Shown: positions 18,157 to 27,208, counted from the first letter of the stretch. The stretch is DNA of 64,000 nucleotides from Dehalococcoidia bacterium (GCA_022822855.1 JAJDYG010000040.1:88556-152555); one strand, 5' to 3'. The notes: generated by a model from the sequence alone, not told the origin. Made by a program: numbers and translations.

Positions 18157-18609
18157 ATGACCGCAGCCGAGAGCATCATCACCAACGACGACCGAGGCGT
18201 ACAGCTCGAGCGCATCTTCGATGCGCCGCCGGCGCTCGTCTGGCAAGCCTGGACCGAGGCCGAGCACTTCGCCCGCTGGTACGGTCCCGAGGGCTTCAGC
18301 GTTCCGACTTGCGAGTTCGATTTCCGCGTCGGCGGCGAGTACTCGCTGGTGATGCGCTCCCCGGACGGCTGGGAGATGCGCAACTTCGGCGTGTTCAAAG
18401 AGATCGTCCCGTCGGAGCGCCTGGTCGCCACGATGTCTGCCGACATGCACGGCGAGACAACCGTGACCGTCGAACTGGAAGACCTCTGCGACGGGCGGAC
18501 CAGGTTGACCATGCGCCAGGATGGCTGGCCCGATCCGCAGATGGCCGAGGGCGCCGGCGGCGGCTGGTCGCAGGCCCTCGAGAAGCTGGCGACTGCACTC
18601 GCTGAGTAG
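18157..18609 (+). CDS. SRPBCC-superfamily protein (Aha1/AHSA1-like), commonly co-encoded with ArsR regulators
   Basis: 150 aa; LERIFDAPPALVWQAWTEAEHFARWYGPEGF...FRVGGEY is the AHSA1-domain pattern. Confidence 0.8.
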   Translation: MTAAESIITNDDRGVQLERIFDAPPALVWQAWTEAEHFARWYGPEGFSVPTCEFDFRVGGEYSLVMRSPDGWEMRNFGVFKEIVPSERLVATMSADMHGETTVTVELEDLCDGRTRLTMRQDGWPDPQMAEGAGGGWSQALEKLATALAE

Positions 18610-18680
18610 ACGAGTCCTGTCGTCAATGGGCCGCGGGATTCTGGCTAGGCTATGGATATCTGCAGAGAGGACCCCCCGAG

Positions 18681-18896
18681 ATGTGCTGGCGAGATCGGAT
18701 CGAGCAGAATCCCGAAGTCCTGGTTGGCAAGCCGGTGATCAAGGGCACCCGCTTGTCCGTGGAGTTCATCATCGAGCTTCTCGCTGACGAATGGACGATC
18801 GAAGAGATCCTCGACTCCTGGACACACATCACACGTCAAGACATTCTTGCCTGTTTGCATTACGCAGGTGAGCGTGTCAAGCAACCGCTCAGCTAG
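18681..18896 (+). CDS. DUF433-domain protein (putative antitoxin-like partner)
   Basis: 71 aa; PVIKGTRLSVEFIIELLADEWTIEEILDSWTHITRQDILACLHYA matches the DUF433 core. Confidence 0.6.
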   Translation: MCWRDRIEQNPEVLVGKPVIKGTRLSVEFIIELLADEWTIEEILDSWTHITRQDILACLHYAGERVKQPLS

Positions 18897-18914
18897 TGGT
18901 CGTGCGACGATTAA

Positions 18915-19274
18915 GTGGCGCGATTCCTCGCTGATGAAAATCTGTGGCCACGGGCGGTTGATGCGCTCAGAGCATTGGGGCACGATGTTGTCTGGGTACG
19001 GGATGATTCTCCCGGAATCTCAGACGAGGAGGTGCTTGAGCGGGCGCAAACGGAGGCACGTGCCGTCATCACATCCGACAAGGGCTTTGGCGATCTTGTC
19101 TTCGTCAGGCAGCTGCCCGCGGAGCATGGAGTGATTCTGCTGCGGGCGCGTCGCTCGCAAGCCGACCGTACGCAGGCGTTGATCAATGCGATAGGCAGTC
19201 GCCAACCCTGGCGTCACGTGTTCGCTGCAGTGGACGGCGAGCGCGTCAGGATCTCATCGATACCTCGACGATGA
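18915..19274 (+). CDS. DUF5615-family (PIN-like fold) protein, putative toxin partner of the DUF433 protein
   Basis: GTG start 18 nt after the DUF433 stop. RFLADENLWPRAVDALRALGHDVVWV...AVITSDKGFGDL is typical of the DUF5615 partner of DUF433. Confidence 0.55.
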   Translation: MARFLADENLWPRAVDALRALGHDVVWVRDDSPGISDEEVLERAQTEARAVITSDKGFGDLVFVRQLPAEHGVILLRARRSQADRTQALINAIGSRQPWRHVFAAVDGERVRISSIPRR

Positions 19275-19358
19275 CCGGAGCCAACAACGCTCTTGGGACG
19301 GTGATGCTGGCCGTGAGGCTCTATTGCGCTTCTATTCTGTGTCCGAAAGAGGACTCCA

Positions 19359-22300
19359 ATGCCCCCTAGCAAGCTGTTGATCGCCAATCGCGGCGAGATT
19401 GCCATCCGAGTGATTCGCGCCGCGCGCGAACTTGGCATCGGCTCGGTCGCGATCCACTCGCAGGACGATGCGAACTCGCTCCACGTCCGCTTGGCCGACG
19501 AGGCTGTCGCGCTGGACGGCGTTGGCGCTCGGGCGTACCTCGATGTCGAGGCAGTCATCGGCGCGGCCCTCGACTCCGGCGCCCACGCGCTGCACCCCGG
19601 CTATGGATTCCTGGCCGAGAGTGCGGACCTGTCGCGTCGATGCGACGAATCCGGAATCACCTTCGTCGGTCCGACGCCGGAGTCGCTAGAACTGTTCGGC
19701 GACAAAGCCCGGGCTCGGGCGCTCGCGGTTGAGCTGGATGTCCCCGTCCTCCCCGGCACCGAGGCTGCGGTAGACCTCGCAGAGGCGACTGAGTTCTACC
19801 GCTCCCTGGGCGACGGCGGCGCGATGATACTCAAGGCGATTGCCGGAGGCGGCGGACGCGGAATGCGCGTGGTCACGGCTGAAGAGCAGATCGCCGAGGC
19901 CTTCGAGCGCTGTCAATCGGAGGCTGCGACGGCGTTCGGCAACGGAGATCTGCTGGTCGAGCGGCTGATGTCACGCGCCAGGCACGTTGAGGTGCAGATC
20001 ATCGGGGACGGCACGGGAGCGGTCTCGCACATCGGCGAGCGCGAGTGCAGCCTCCAACGCCGACATCAGAAGGTGGTCGAGTGGGCGCCCAGCCCGTCGA
20101 TCTCCGACGAGACCCGCGAGCGCCTGACCGCCGCGGCCGTGCGTCTGGCGTCGTCGGACAACTACCGCAGCCTGGGCACGTTCGAGTTCCTGGTCAACGC
20201 CGACGACGAATCCGATCTCGCCTTCATCGAAGCCAATCCGCGCCTGCAGGTCGAGCACACGGTGACCGAAGAAGTGACCGGCGTCGACCTGGTCCGGGCG
20301 CAGCTTCGCATCGCTGGTGGAGAGTCGCTGCAGGCGGTTGGGTTGGCTCAGTCCGAAGTTCCGCCAGCCCGCGGTTTCGCAATCCAGGCGCGAGTCAACA
20401 TGGAGCGGATGGAGCCGAACGGCGACGTGCGTCCCTCGGGCGGGATGTTGACGACGTTCGAGCCTCCATCGGGTCCTGGAGTCCGCGTGGACACATACGG
20501 CTATCCCGGTTACACCACGAATCCCAACTTCGATTCCCTGTTGGGAAAGGTGATCGCCTACTCGGCTTCCGCGGACTTCCGCGATGTGATTGGCAGGACC
20601 CGACGAGCGCTGGCCGAGTTCCGGATTGAAGGCGTCGACGCCAATCTCTCCTTCCTCGAGCAGTCCCTGTCCCACGACGACTTCAGCTCCGGCGAGATTT
20701 ACACCCGCTGGGTCGACGACCACGTCGCGGAACTCACCGCAGAGCCGAAGATCGAAGCTCCGGTTCAGAACGGCACTTCCGACTCGCAGGCTGGACTGGC
20801 TGGAGCGCAACTCGACACGCTCGATCCGCTTGCCGGACTGAACTACTTCCGCGAGGGCTCCGGTACACGAGCCCAGCAGGGCGTCGCCACCGTGACGCCG
20901 GGGACGCAGCCCGCTCCAAACATCGTTGGCCCTCCGGGTACGGAACCGATCCCCTCGCCGCTGCAGGGCACGATCATCCAGATCCTGGTCGAGGAAGGCG
21001 ACGCGGTCCGCGAAGGCCAGCAGATGTTCGTGATGGACTCCATGAAGATGGAGCACGTCATCAACTCCGACATCGGCGGCTTCTTGCGCCAGCTCACCGT
21101 CGCAGTCGGCGACGTCGTCTACGAGGGACACCCGCTCGCCTTCATTGAGGAAGCTGACGTTGGCGACGCGATCACGGAAGAGCAAGAAGAGATCGACCTC
21201 GACTACATCCGTCCCGACCTGCAGAAACTGTTCGACAATCTCGACGCCGGCAAGGACGAGAATCGTCAGCCCTGGGTCGAGCGTCGGCACGCCAAGGGCA
21301 AAATGACCCAGCGGGAAAGCCTGGCCGAGCTGGTCGACGACGGTAGCTGGGTCGAAATGGGCGAACTCGTGCTTCCGGCCCGGCATCGGATCATGTCCTT
21401 CGAGGAGATGCGAGTTCGCGCCCCCGCCGACGGGATGATCACCGGGATCGGCACGGTCAACGGAAACCTGTTCGAGGAGCAGCGCGCCACGACGCTCGTG
21501 GCGATGTACGACGAGACCGTTTGGGCCGGCACCCAGGGCATGATGGGCCACCAGAAGACCGACCGCGTGATCAAGTTCGCCGACGAGCAGGCCACGCCGT
21601 TGATCGTCTGGGCCGAAGGCGCCGGCGGGCGCTCCGGCGACACCGATTTCTCCGATATCTCGTCGGCCGGACAGTGGGTGCCGACCTACGACATGATGGC
21701 CCGAATCAGCGGCACAGTGCCGATGATCGGGATCACGGCCGGCCGCACTTTCGCCGGTAATGCCTCGATCCTGGGTATCACCGACTGCATCATCGCCACT
21801 CGCGACGCCAACATCGGCATGGGCGGCCCGGCGACGATCGAAGGCGGCGGGCTCGGACTGTTCACGCCCGAGGAGATCGGGCCGATGTCCGATCTCGGAC
21901 CGGCCGGCAGCGTCGACATCCTCGTCGAAGACGAACACGAAGCGATCGCGGCGGCGAAGCAGTACCTCTCGTATTTCCAGGGCTCGATTCCAAGCTGGGA
22001 CTGCGTTGACCAGCGGCACCTGCGCCACGCGATTCCCGAGAACCGCAAGCGGCCGTTCAGCGTGCGTAAGGTGATCGAGCAGATGGCCGACATCGACTCG
22101 GTGCTGGAACTGCGCGGCGAGTTCGGCGTCGGGATCATCACTTCGTTGATCCGGATCGAAGGTCACCCGATCGGCGTGATCGCGAACAACAACCAGCACC
22201 TGGGCGGAGCGGTCGACAGCGACGGGGCAGACAAGCTCTGCCGCTTTGCCCAGCTCTGCGACTGCTTCAACATTCCCATCCTTGTGCTGGTCGACACGAC

Positions 22301-22769
22301 CGGCATGATGGTCGGTCCCGACATCGAGCGCACGGGCCTCGCCCGCAAGTGCAACAACGTCTTCGTCACCCTGGCCAACGCGCAGTCGCCGCGATTCACG
22401 ATCATCCTGCGCAAGTCGTACGGCCTGGCCGCGCAGGCGATGATGACCGGCAGCTCGCGAGCACCGCTCTTCGCCCTCGCCTGGCCGACGGCCGAGCTGG
22501 GCGGCATGAATCTCGAAGCGGCCGTCCGCCTCGGCAACCGGGCCGAGCTGGAGGCGATCGAGGACATTGAGGAGCGTGCCGCCCGCTATGAGGCGCTGGT
22601 CGCCAACGCCTACTGGAGAGGTAACGCGATCAACTCGGCCTCGGTCCACGAGAACGACGGCGTGATTGATCCGGCCGACACCCGCCGCTGGATCGTGCGC
22701 GGCCTGATGGCCTGCGAGAACCCCGAGCCGATCCGCAGAGGCCGTCGTCCCAACATCGACACCTGGTAA
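19359..22769 (+). CDS. Single-chain multidomain biotin-dependent acyl-CoA carboxylase (BC - BCCP - CT fusion; long-chain acyl-CoA carboxylase LCC-like)
   Basis: 1136 aa. The N-terminus KLLIANRGEIAIRVIRAAR... through the BC C-terminal region (EFRIEGVDANLSFL) is an ATP-grasp biotin carboxylase. The biotinyl domain with MDSMKMEHV carries the AMKM-type biotinyl-lysine motif. The C-terminal ~520 aa (RRHAKGKMTQRESLAELVDDGSW...) is a carboxyltransferase domain. The RBS aagaggac precedes the ATG. Confidence 0.85.
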   Translation: MPPSKLLIANRGEIAIRVIRAARELGIGSVAIHSQDDANSLHVRLADEAVALDGVGARAYLDVEAVIGAALDSGAHALHPGYGFLAESADLSRRCDESGITFVGPTPESLELFGDKARARALAVELDVPVLPGTEAAVDLAEATEFYRSLGDGGAMILKAIAGGGGRGMRVVTAEEQIAEAFERCQSEAATAFGNGDLLVERLMSRARHVEVQIIGDGTGAVSHIGERECSLQRRHQKVVEWAPSPSISDETRERLTAAAVRLASSDNYRSLGTFEFLVNADDESDLAFIEANPRLQVEHTVTEEVTGVDLVRAQLRIAGGESLQAVGLAQSEVPPARGFAIQARVNMERMEPNGDVRPSGGMLTTFEPPSGPGVRVDTYGYPGYTTNPNFDSLLGKVIAYSASADFRDVIGRTRRALAEFRIEGVDANLSFLEQSLSHDDFSSGEIYTRWVDDHVAELTAEPKIEAPVQNGTSDSQAGLAGAQLDTLDPLAGLNYFREGSGTRAQQGVATVTPGTQPAPNIVGPPGTEPIPSPLQGTIIQILVEEGDAVREGQQMFVMDSMKMEHVINSDIGGFLRQLTVAVGDVVYEGHPLAFIEEADVGDAITEEQEEIDLDYIRPDLQKLFDNLDAGKDENRQPWVERRHAKGKMTQRESLAELVDDGSWVEMGELVLPARHRIMSFEEMRVRAPADGMITGIGTVNGNLFEEQRATTLVAMYDETVWAGTQGMMGHQKTDRVIKFADEQATPLIVWAEGAGGRSGDTDFSDISSAGQWVPTYDMMARISGTVPMIGITAGRTFAGNASILGITDCIIATRDANIGMGGPATIEGGGLGLFTPEEIGPMSDLGPAGSVDILVEDEHEAIAAAKQYLSYFQGSIPSWDCVDQRHLRHAIPENRKRPFSVRKVIEQMADIDSVLELRGEFGVGIITSLIRIEGHPIGVIANNNQHLGGAVDSDGADKLCRFAQLCDCFNIPILVLVDTTGMMVGPDIERTGLARKCNNVFVTLANAQSPRFTIILRKSYGLAAQAMMTGSSRAPLFALAWPTAELGGMNLEAAVRLGNRAELEAIEDIEERAARYEALVANAYWRGNAINSASVHENDGVIDPADTRRWIVRGLMACENPEPIRRGRRPNIDTW

Positions 22770-22840
22770 GTCCGATGATTCCCGACTGACCGTAAACTCA
22801 GCAGCAAGACTGGGACTGCTTGAACGTGAGGAACAGACCA

Positions 22841-24010
22841 ATGGCCGAGCAAGAGTTGGGCGATGCCGTCATCCGTCGGCAGATCGGTGGCATGCCGGTC
22901 CCCGAGTTTTCCGAGACGGCCTGGACGGCACCGCCGCCGTTGTCCGAAGCGAGGGTTGCGGTCGTCACCTCGGCGGCGCTGCACCCTCGAGACGGCGAGG
23001 GATTCACCGTCAATGACGCCAGCTATCGCGCGCTTGACCATGACCAACGCCAGTTGGTGCTGGGACACTGGAGCCCGAACTTCGACCGTTCCGCCTTCGG
23101 CATCGACTACAACGTCGTCTATCCGCTGGCCCGTCTGGACGAGTTGGTGGAGCAGGGCGTCATCGGTTCCGTCGCGTCAAAGCACTACTCGTTTGCCGGC
23201 AATCAGCCCGACGATGTAGCCACGATCCGGCACGACTCCGCTCCCGCCTGCGCGGCCGAACTTAAGGCCGACGGAGTGGATGTGGTCTTCCTGACACCGG
23301 TTTGACCGCTTTGCACGCGTACCGTGTGTACGCTCGCCCACGTCTTCGAGGCCGCCGGTCTGGCCACCGTGACCATCTCAGCGATTCGCCAGGTCGCCGA
23401 ACGAATGCGGCCGCCGCGCGTCCTGCACGGCGAGTTCCCGCTCGGCAGGCCGCTGGGCAAACCCAACGACCCGGAGTTCCAGCACGACGTGCTCCGCCGC
23501 GCACTCTCATTGCTTGAGTGCGATTCCGGCCCGGTACTTGAGGATTATCCGGTGGAGGTCGTCGGCGAAGAGGAGCCATTAGGCTGCACGGTGCCGCCGC
23601 GCTTCGATCCCGAGTTGGCGCCCGCCGTCGACGAGGCGCGCGGACTGCGCAAGGCATACGATCGCGCAGTGGCTCGCCGTGGGATCAGCGATGTCGGCAA
23701 GGCGATCGACGCCGACGGCGTGCCAGCTGCGCTGGACGTGCTGCAGAACATCGTGAACGGCACACCCTGGAAGGAAGCCGGCATCCCCGGCGGCCACACG
23801 ACCGCGCTGGCCAACGACATTCGCGCCTACTACGAAGAGGCAGCTCTTGAACTGGCCGGTGCGCCGAACGCCGGCGGCCGCCAGGCCGAAGCCTGGTTCT
23901 TCGAGCGCACCGAGGCCGGCAAGCTCATCCTCGATGTCCGCAAGGCGCTCGCCTCCCAGGGTGCGCCCCAGCCGGTCTGGTTCTACATGGCGCCCATGCA
24001 CCGCAACTGA
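22841..24010 (+). CDS. Glycine/sarcosine/betaine/proline reductase selenoprotein B (GrdB/PrdB)-family protein with a putative selenocysteine encoded by the in-frame TGA at 23303-23305
   Basis: ORF-track entries 22820..23305 and 23324..24010 are in the same frame, separated only by a TGA. Read-through gives ...ADGVDVVFLTPV-U-PLCTRTVCTLAHVFEAAGLATVTISAIRQVAERMRPPRVLHGEFPLGRP. This aligns, from memory, with the GrdB Sec region ...DAVILTSTUGTCTRCGATMVKEIERAGIPVVH..., a UxxCTRxxC redox motif. A GAGGAAC RBS precedes the ATG at 22841. Confidence 0.65.
23306..23340 (+). promoter_or_regulatory. SECIS-like mRNA hairpin immediately 3' of the in-frame UGA
   Basis: GCGTAC(23317-23322)-CGTGT-GTACGC(23328-23333): a 6-bp perfect stem with a 5-nt G-containing loop, starting 12 nt after the UGA. 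This spacing is characteristic of bacterial SECIS elements. Confidence 0.4.
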
Positions 24011-24039
24011 GCAAAGGCCGAGCCGACTTGCTGCTAGTG

Positions 24040-25215
24040 CTACCAGAACGGGGCCCGAGCCTCGTCGCCCAGCAGCACACGTGCCGCAGCCGCATAGTTG
24101 GACGCTCCCAGCACGACGTGCTGATTCATCGCGTGGATGTCGCGCAGCCTTCGATCGAGCGTGGAGCGCTCCGCGTAGAGCGCGGTTGAGCCGGCGACGG
24201 CGTACAGCCGCTCGACCACGTTCTGGCTCTCCTGGTGAACGTGCGTGATCGCGAGGCGCAGGTTGACCCGTTTCGCGTCCGACATCTCGCCGGTCTCGCA
24301 GACTTCCTGCCAGGCAGCGTCGGAGGCCGACAGTGCATACGCACGGCAGGCGGCGATCTGCGCAGCCGTCTCACCCAGCGTGGCCTGCGTGAGCGGGTCG
24401 TTGCGCAGTGAGCCGCGAAAAGCGGTGCGATCACGGGCGATCTCCATCACCTCGTCATGGGCCGCCTGGACCAGTCCCAGCGCCACGCCGAGGTGCTTGG
24501 GCAACAGCCACGCCGGATGACGCAGCGGGTCGCCCAGGACCGAGCGATTCGAGGGTCTGGGCGGCACGCTTCTCTCTTCGGGAATAAAGAGATCGCTCAC
24601 TTCGACATCATGGCTTCCGGTGCCGCGCATGCCGCCGGTCTTCCAGGTGTCGAGGATGGTGACTTCGTCGCGGTGAGCGACCAGCCTGATGAACGGCGGC
24701 CCGTCCGCTGGCGCGTCCTCGCCCGACAGCCGGCAGTTCATCTGCACCCAGTCGGCGTGGGTGATGCCGCTCATGTAGGGCCAGCGACCTGTTGCGACGT
24801 AACCGCCTTCAACCCGACGAGCCGTGCCCGGAGGAAAGCCCGAGCCGCAGGTGGCGGCGTCAATATCGGAGTACATCGCCCGGGCCACGTTCGGGTCGAG
24901 TTCACGCGACAGCAAGCCTCCGTCGCAGCCGATCATCACGCACCAGGCCGTCGAGGCATCGGCTCTGGCCAGCTCGGCGATGAACAGGATCTGGGTCACC
25001 GGGTCAGCGTCGTGTCCGCCCAGCCAGCGAGGCTGGAGCAACCGGAACGCGCCGATGCTCCTCAGGAGGTCAACGATCTGCCTCGGAAGCTGTCGGCCCG
25101 CCTCAATCTCCTCGGCCGCCTCGCGAATCTGAGGCGCGATCGAGCGTGCCGACTCAAGCAGAGCCGCTCGTTCGTCGGGAGAGGCGCCGAACGACGTGCT
25201 CATGAATGGACGCAA
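24040..25215 (-). CDS. Acyl-CoA dehydrogenase-fold flavoprotein (ACAD type-2 / flavin monooxygenase-like)
   Basis: 391 aa; the architecture, including TGGMRGTGSHDVEVSDLFIPEE and the C-terminal helical domain, matches the ACAD fold. Confidence 0.7.
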   Translation of the reverse strand: MRPFMSTSFGASPDERAALLESARSIAPQIREAAEEIEAGRQLPRQIVDLLRSIGAFRLLQPRWLGGHDADPVTQILFIAELARADASTAWCVMIGCDGGLLSRELDPNVARAMYSDIDAATCGSGFPPGTARRVEGGYVATGRWPYMSGITHADWVQMNCRLSGEDAPADGPPFIRLVAHRDEVTILDTWKTGGMRGTGSHDVEVSDLFIPEERSVPPRPSNRSVLGDPLRHPAWLLPKHLGVALGLVQAAHDEVMEIARDRTAFRGSLRNDPLTQATLGETAAQIAACRAYALSASDAAWQEVCETGEMSDAKRVNLRLAITHVHQESQNVVERLYAVAGSTALYAERSTLDRRLRDIHAMNQHVVLGASNYAAAARVLLGDEARAPFW

Positions 25216-25256
25216 GGGTCGGCAACGCGCAGCCGAAGTGGTTCGACGCTAGCCGC

Positions 25257-25697
25257 CTACAGCTCCATCGGCTCGCCCTGGGCGACCTGCTGAGGATCGG
25301 TCTTCCAGATGTCCGAGCCGTCGACGTAGAGTTCGACCCCGTTGCCGTCCGGATCGTTCAGGTACAGCGACTTCGAGACCACGTGGTCAATCGTGGCGAA
25401 CACCTTGACGCCGGCCGCTTCGAGTTCGTCCCGTGCCTCGCGCAGCTCGTCCAGCGTGTCGCCGATGCAGAACGCCAGGTGATACAGGCCCGGCGCCTTG
25501 GGGTCGGCGGTTTCAGGGCCTTCCTCGCCAACCTCGAGCAGCGCGAGGTCGTGGTGGTTGCCGAGCGTGTAGAAGGTCATCGGCATCTGCTCGTGCCGAG
25601 CGGCGAGTTCCATGCCGAGGATGTCGCCGTAGAACTGCTCCGAGCGTTCGCGGTTGCGGACCTTGATGACTGCGTGACCGAGTTCCTTGACCTTCAT
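25257..25697 (-). CDS. VOC-family (glyoxalase/bleomycin-resistance/extradiol-dioxygenase fold) protein
   Basis: 146 aa; LGHAVIKVRNRERSEQFYGDILGMEL...HLAF...GNGVELY matches the VOC fold. Confidence 0.75.
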   Translation of the reverse strand: MKVKELGHAVIKVRNRERSEQFYGDILGMELAARHEQMPMTFYTLGNHHDLALLEVGEEGPETADPKAPGLYHLAFCIGDTLDELREARDELEAAGVKVFATIDHVVSKSLYLNDPDGNGVELYVDGSDIWKTDPQQVAQGEPMEL

Positions 25698-25838
25698 CGG
25701 TCTCCCCTTCGTGGCGATAGCCGCTGGGATGCGGCCTCTGTCTGCGCCTCATTCTATGCCTGCCCGAACGCGCCCTGTGATTTCTTATCTTGGCAATCAG
25801 CTTCGGCAAGCGAACGGACACATCGGGAGGCGAACGAA

Positions 25839-26591
25839 ATGGACGAGATTGGCTATTCGGTCGACGGGCACATCGCATCGATCCAACTGCTCCGGCCGGA
25901 GAAGCTGAACGCGATGACCGACGAGATGTATCAGGCGATCGGCGACGCATTCAAACAGGCGGACTCCGATCCCCAGGTGCGTTGCGTGGTGATCAGCGGC
26001 TCGGGCCGAGCCTTCACATCGGGGCATGACCTGCTCGAGTTCGGAGAGCGCCAGGCCTGGAAGCCGTGGTCGGCGGAACGCTTCGACAACGGTCTCGAGA
26101 CCGCTAAGCCCGTGATCGCCGCGATCAACGGCTACTGCCTCGCTGGCGGACTTGAGCTCGCTCTCTACTGCGACATCCGCATTTGCGACACCACCGCCCA
26201 GTTCGGCTGCCCCGAGCCGCGTTGGGGCATCCTCCACGGCTATGGAGCGCTGCGCACGCCGGGCCTGGTCGGCACGTCCGACGCCATGCGCCTGCTGCTG
26301 ACGGGCGAGTTCATCGACGCCGAAGAAGCCCTGCGCATCGGTCTCGTCAGCCAGGTCGTCGAGCCGCAGGACCTGCTCTCGACCGCCAACGACATGGCCG
26401 CAAAGATCGCCGTCAACAGCCCCCTCGCAATCCGCCTGACCAAGGAACTCGCCCGCCGAGGCCGCGACATGTCCCTCGCCGACGGTCTGCGTCTCTACCA
26501 GGAGTACTCACGGCTCGCCTTCAGCTCCGACGACGCCCGAGAAGGCACCCGAGCCTTCGCCGAGCGCCGCGACCCCGAGTACCAGGGCTGA
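25839..26591 (+). CDS. Enoyl-CoA hydratase/isomerase family protein (second crotonase paralog)
   Basis: Start at ATG 25839 after a GGGAGG RBS. IASIQLLRPEKLNAM, VISGSGRAFTSGHDL, AAINGYCLAGGLELALYCDIRIC. The upstream 25206..25838 part of the ORF-track entry is rejected. Confidence 0.8.
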   Translation: MDEIGYSVDGHIASIQLLRPEKLNAMTDEMYQAIGDAFKQADSDPQVRCVVISGSGRAFTSGHDLLEFGERQAWKPWSAERFDNGLETAKPVIAAINGYCLAGGLELALYCDIRICDTTAQFGCPEPRWGILHGYGALRTPGLVGTSDAMRLLLTGEFIDAEEALRIGLVSQVVEPQDLLSTANDMAAKIAVNSPLAIRLTKELARRGRDMSLADGLRLYQEYSRLAFSSDDAREGTRAFAERRDPEYQG

Positions 26592-26624
26592 TCCGCATAG
26601 GATTGGAGAGGAGAGCGAGTAACG

Positions 26625-26858
26625 ATGCTCAAGCCAACCACGACCGACCCACGCGCAGCACTCATCAACTGGGAAATCCTGAGTTCAGAGTTTCCGCCCA
26701 TCGACGAGTGGGACGAAGACGACTGGGACGATGCAGCGCTCGCGACGCTTGTTCACTACTACCTGGAAGAAGACCGGAAGAGCGGCAAGGTCCAACCAAC
26801 CATTTCACTCGAAGAAGTCCTTGCAAAACGCGGACTCACGCTCGACGACCTCAAGTAG
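26625..26858 (+). CDS. Small acidic protein, putative antitoxin of the downstream RelE/ParE toxin
   Basis: 77 aa; acidic (DEWDEDDWDD) with a C-terminal helical segment ISLEEVLAKRGLTLDDLK. It sits immediately upstream of the RelE/ParE gene with a 5-nt gap. Confidence 0.4.
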   Translation: MLKPTTTDPRAALINWEILSSEFPPIDEWDEDDWDDAALATLVHYYLEEDRKSGKVQPTISLEEVLAKRGLTLDDLK

Positions 26859-26863
26859 AGCCT

Positions 26864-27148
26864 GTGCCTCCACGGGTCACGTTCGCCGACCGCGCCAATC
26901 AGGCGCTTGATCGGCTCCCGATCGACACCCAGTTCAGGGTGCTGGATCGAATCACTCGGTTGCAGGCAGCTCCGCGAGGACCAGGTTCGACGAGATTGGA
27001 AGACTTCGACGATGTCTGGAGGGTCAGGGTTGGCGACTATCGCATCGCCTACACCCTCCACGACGATGACAACCTGATTCGAATCGAACAGGTCGGACAT
27101 CGCCGTGACTTCTATCGACGGCTTGGTCGCCTCTCCCACTTGCGCTAA
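26864..27148 (+). CDS. RelE/ParE-family type II toxin
   Basis: GTG start at 26864. VGDYRIAYTLHDDDNLIRIEQVGHRRDFY is the RelE/ParE signature. It lies in the frame of the long spurious ORF 26183..27148. Confidence 0.7.
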   Translation: MPPRVTFADRANQALDRLPIDTQFRVLDRITRLQAAPRGPGSTRLEDFDDVWRVRVGDYRIAYTLHDDDNLIRIEQVGHRRDFYRRLGRLSHLR

Positions 27149-27208
27149 GCCTCGTTCACTTCCCTAGCCTTGGTCGAACCCTGATCAGGGATGAGGAAGG
27201 AGCCCACC

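Noticed and set aside
19971-22841. 956-aa ORF on the minus strand spanning the entire carboxylase gene
   Set aside because: It lies entirely antisense to a well-supported 1136-aa multidomain CDS. The translation is R/G/A/D-rich low-complexity with no family resemblance. This is a typical high-GC shadow ORF.
25206-25838. 5' 211 codons of the ORF-track entry 25206..26591
   Set aside because: Overlaps the VOC gene on the other strand and has no crotonase similarity. The crotonase domain begins at the ATG 25839, which is preceded by a GGGAGG RBS.
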